Assembly: GCA_035702625.1 (NCBI GenBank)
Contig: DASSQG010000164.1
Coordinates: 1 to 41,488, forward strand
Direction of reading: 5' to 3'
Length of the DNA stretch: 41,488 bases
From: Gaiellaceae bacterium
Lineage (GTDB): Bacteria; Actinomycetota; Thermoleophilia; Gaiellales; Gaiellaceae
Shown here: positions 38,940 to 41,488 of the stretch, in pieces
Position numbering within the stretch: the first letter of the stretch is position 1
Layout: each line of letters starts with the position of its first letter
The notes under the pieces: model-generated
What the model was told of the DNA's origin: nothing
The model's database searches: none
What the model saw: only the letters and a program-made list of their open reading frames with translations
Translations under genes and position numbers: made by a program

Positions 38940-40345
38940 GACTGCGGACTGCCGTTTCCGGAGTAAGAGCCACCTTTGTAGAGCCCGACCGCCAAGATCG
39001 TTCGGCCGTCGGGGGTGATCTCGAAGATCAAGTTGTTTCCGACGACATAGGCCGAGTGGACGCCGCCCGTGTGCTTCCAAACGATTCCGTTTGGCGACGG
39101 CTTCCAGCGAGCGCCGTATGCGCTCCGAGCCGCTGCTAGCGTCGAGCAAGGCCCGATCCCGGCGGCTGTCCGGTACGACCTGTTCCAGGTCGTGATGATC
39201 TGCGCCCGCCGGCCCGGCGCCGGGATGGCCGTCTCTTGCTTCGGGAAGTAGACCGCGACTTCCGGCCCTTGGAAGGACATGGTGGGATAGTTGACGCTGC
39301 CGGCCAAGGAGAAGACGACGGGTCCGAAGTGCTTCCTGTAGTACTTCGGCTCCCGGCCGAGGGGTGCGCCGGCGATCGCGGCCTGGGTGATTTCCGTTCG
39401 CACGTGCGCGTGGGATTCGTCTAGCGCGAGCCCGGCGCCGATGGCTGCGGCGACCACGGCCGCGACTGCGGCTGCGATCACCCAGCGCCGAATGCGCCTG
39501 CTTCTACGGCGCTTGCCAGCGGCCGCGGCACGCGCGGCGTCGACAAGCTCGCGGCCCGAGCCGAAACGCCGGCTCGGCTCCTTGGCGAGCGCCTTCGCGA
39601 AGAACTCGTCCCAAGCAGCGGGCAACTCGGCGCGGAACTCCGTCGGGCGAGGCGGCGGGTCGTTGAGATGCGCGAACACGACGGACAGCTCACTCTCTCG
39701 TTCAAACGGTTTTGCTCCGACGAGACACTCGAAGAGGACGCAGCCGAGCGAATACAGGTCGGAACGCCGGTCGACCTGACGTCCCTGGATCTGCTCCGGC
39801 GAAACGTAGTCGATGGTGCCGACGAAGCCGCGATCCCCCGTTAGGCTCGAAACCGAGGAGACGTGACGAGCCAAACCGAAGTCGCAGACGAGCGCACACT
39901 CCTCGCCATCGCGCACGGTCACGAGCACATTGCCGGGCTTGACGTCGCGGTGGACGAGCCCGAGCTTGTGCGCCGTGTCGAGCGCGTCCGCGACGTGTGC
40001 GACCAGCCGAAGGGCACGGGCCGGTTCGAGCGGCGCTTCCCGGTGGAGGATCTCGCGCAGATCGGAGCCCTCGACATACTCCATCGCGAGATAGAGATGG
40101 CCGTCGGTCTCACCTGAGGCGATCGTCGTGACGACATTTGGGTGGCGGAGGCTTGCGGCGAGTGTGCACTCGCGCTCGAACCGCTCGCGGAAGCGCCTGT
40201 CGTTGCTCGGCCCCGTGGCGATGATCTTGATGGCCACCGGGGCGCCCGACTCAACCGTGTCCGCGAGGTAGACCGTCCCCATTGCGCCCGCGCCCAGAAG
40301 CTCACGGACCCGGAACCCGCCGACAAGCGTGCCTTGCGCGAGCAT
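38891..40345 (-). CDS. transmembrane Ser/Thr protein kinase with unassigned extracellular domain
   Basis: Hanks motifs are present: LGAGAMGTVYLA, VAIKII, HRDVKPGNVLV, DFGLA, GTIDYVSPE. One TM helix (WVIAAAVAAVVAAAIGAGL). ATG at 40345 was chosen; a TTG at 40387 is an alternative start. The 3-prime end overlaps the SARP gene by 49 nt. Confidence 0.88.
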   Translation of the reverse strand: MLAQGTLVGGFRVRELLGAGAMGTVYLADTVESGAPVAIKIIATGPSNDRRFRERFERECTLAASLRHPNVVTTIASGETDGHLYLAMEYVEGSDLREILHREAPLEPARALRLVAHVADALDTAHKLGLVHRDVKPGNVLVTVRDGEECALVCDFGLARHVSSVSSLTGDRGFVGTIDYVSPEQIQGRQVDRRSDLYSLGCVLFECLVGAKPFERESELSVVFAHLNDPPPRPTEFRAELPAAWDEFFAKALAKEPSRRFGSGRELVDAARAAAAGKRRRSRRIRRWVIAAAVAAVVAAAIGAGLALDESHAHVRTEITQAAIAGAPLGREPKYYRKHFGPVVFSLAGSVNYPTMSFQGPEVAVYFPKQETAIPAPGRRAQIITTWNRSYRTAAGIGPCSTLAAARSAYGARWKPSPNGIVWKHTGGVHSAYVVGNNLIFEITPDGRTILAVGLYKGGSYSGNGSPQSYANFVTSNSSQTACG

Positions 40346-40539
40346 CGACACAAGGGGATTGTCCGCCCCTGAGCGCCGCCGAATCAAGCCGGCTGGATTG
40401 CGTTGCGGAAGCGTGGGTAGGGAGGCGCGGTTGGGGGCGTTGCGTTCGGCGCGACTCGCCTTCAGTGGAGGACACGCGGCCAGCTATGAGCAAAGAGGGC
40501 GGCATGAGCCGCCCTCCCTAGCCAACTTGAGGCGATCGA

Positions 40540-41430
40540 CTACGGGCAGCCGTTGTTCGTGCCGCCGACCTGGTTCGGTCCGTCGTCCGGGAGACCGCCC
40601 GTGATCGACGGCGTGTTCCTCACGCAAGTCGCGTCGTGGGCGATCGTGTTGTCATTGAACTCCAGGAAGCCACCGGGGACAGCGCTGTTACCTGAGAACG
40701 TCGCGTTGTTGCCGACCTGGATGTCGCCGACTTCGAGTGACGTGGGCCCGAAGAACCCGGACAGCGCCTTGTTATTCGTGACGACGAGGTCGTGCCCGAC
40801 CGTGTCCGGTTGGGTGCCGATGCAAGCGGAGAACGGAGCCGTCTCATCGCCGATGGTGAAACCCAACGTAACCCAGCGGTTCTCCATCACCAGATCGTTG
40901 CCTACGCCCAGGTCGCAGAGGCCGTCAAAGACGAAGGCACCGGGATCCGGAGGACCGGGCGAGCCGTTGATGATGACGTCGTGACCGACGGTCGTGCGTC
41001 CGGGGATCCCGTTCGGGGGTGGACCGGTGCTACCGATCTGGATGCTGCCTGCGTGGGTCACGATCAGGTCGTGCCCGATCGTGGCGAGCCCGGATCCGAA
41101 GAAGCCGTCAAAGCCGACCTTGACGTCGTGGCCAACCGTGGAGTTACCGAGCGTGGCACCCGATTCGTGGCCCAGAGTCTCGTCGTAGCCGATCGAGGAG
41201 TTGGTCACGTCCGTTCCCGCGCCGTTCTGCACGACCAGGTTCTCCGTGATCGTGGCGTGGTCGATCGCGCAGTAGCCGCCGATCGGCACGATCAGGTTGG
41301 TCGTCGTGCCGCTGAACGTTTGCGTGTTCTGGTCGCAGACCGTGGTGCCGTCAGAGGCCGCCGCTTCCTGCAGGCCCGCGGCCAAGAACGCGCCGCAGCA
41401 CGCGAGCACCACAAGCACGAGTTTCCCCAT
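40540..41430 (-). CDS. exported VGHD-repeat (probable beta-solenoid) protein
   Basis: ATG is 5 nt after AGGAG. Signal peptide MGKLVLVVLACCGAFLAAG. Repeated motifs include TVGHDVKV, TIGHDLIV, TVGHDVII, VGNDLVM, TVGHDLVV and IAHDATC. Cys residues lie near both ends. Confidence 0.75.
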   Translation of the reverse strand: MGKLVLVVLACCGAFLAAGLQEAAASDGTTVCDQNTQTFSGTTTNLIVPIGGYCAIDHATITENLVVQNGAGTDVTNSSIGYDETLGHESGATLGNSTVGHDVKVGFDGFFGSGLATIGHDLIVTHAGSIQIGSTGPPPNGIPGRTTVGHDVIINGSPGPPDPGAFVFDGLCDLGVGNDLVMENRWVTLGFTIGDETAPFSACIGTQPDTVGHDLVVTNNKALSGFFGPTSLEVGDIQVGNNATFSGNSAVPGGFLEFNDNTIAHDATCVRNTPSITGGLPDDGPNQVGGTNNGCP

Positions 41431-41488
41431 CTCTACTCCTTTCGGGTTGTCCTCTCGGTCCCGAACGTTCGGCTGCCTCGCTACTGCC

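Overview
A 41.5-kb segment of very high G+C chromosome. Hand-counted 60-nt samples give about 73-75 % G+C over most of the window. Gene content is Actinomycetota-like, but I cannot assign a species. Nearly every long ORF has an equally long antisense shadow ORF. I therefore called genes from recognisable protein motifs, GC3 phase, signal peptides and Shine-Dalgarno (SD) sites.

Supported content:
- Housekeeping genes: serS, fabF, a flavin reductase and a HAD hydrolase.
- Two tRNA-Ser genes, anticodons UGA and GGA.
- A stand-alone ATP-dependent DNA ligase convergent with a LigD-type primase-polymerase.
- A GAF-GGDEF-GAF-GAF-HD-GYP c-di-GMP enzyme.
- A solitary IS200/RAYT-type HUH tyrosine transposase.
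- Many exported proteins: two paralogous large surface proteins (one 1887 aa with seven tandem Ig-like repeats, the other ending in a PASTA domain), a beta-helix/M14 carboxypeptidase, a subtilase-fold peptidase with sedolisin-like catalytic motifs, an L,D-transpeptidase, a PD40/TolB-like propeller and a VGHD-repeat protein.
- A SARP regulator fused to USP-like domains, next to a Ser/Thr kinase.

The most defence-like element is an insulated single gene at 33081-33998. It encodes a Cap12/PycTIR-class TIR-like domain fused to an unassigned beta-rich C-terminal domain, with no cyclase partner in view.

Other points worth follow-up:
- A tRNA-Ser-like relic sits in a 480-bp non-coding gap at the edge of a segment with relaxed GC3.
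- A small upstream ORF is fused in frame to a DUF892 gene that keeps its own SD and ATG.
- A 15-nt direct repeat brackets the RAYT gene.

I saw no CRISPR array, rRNA, integrase or prophage structural module.
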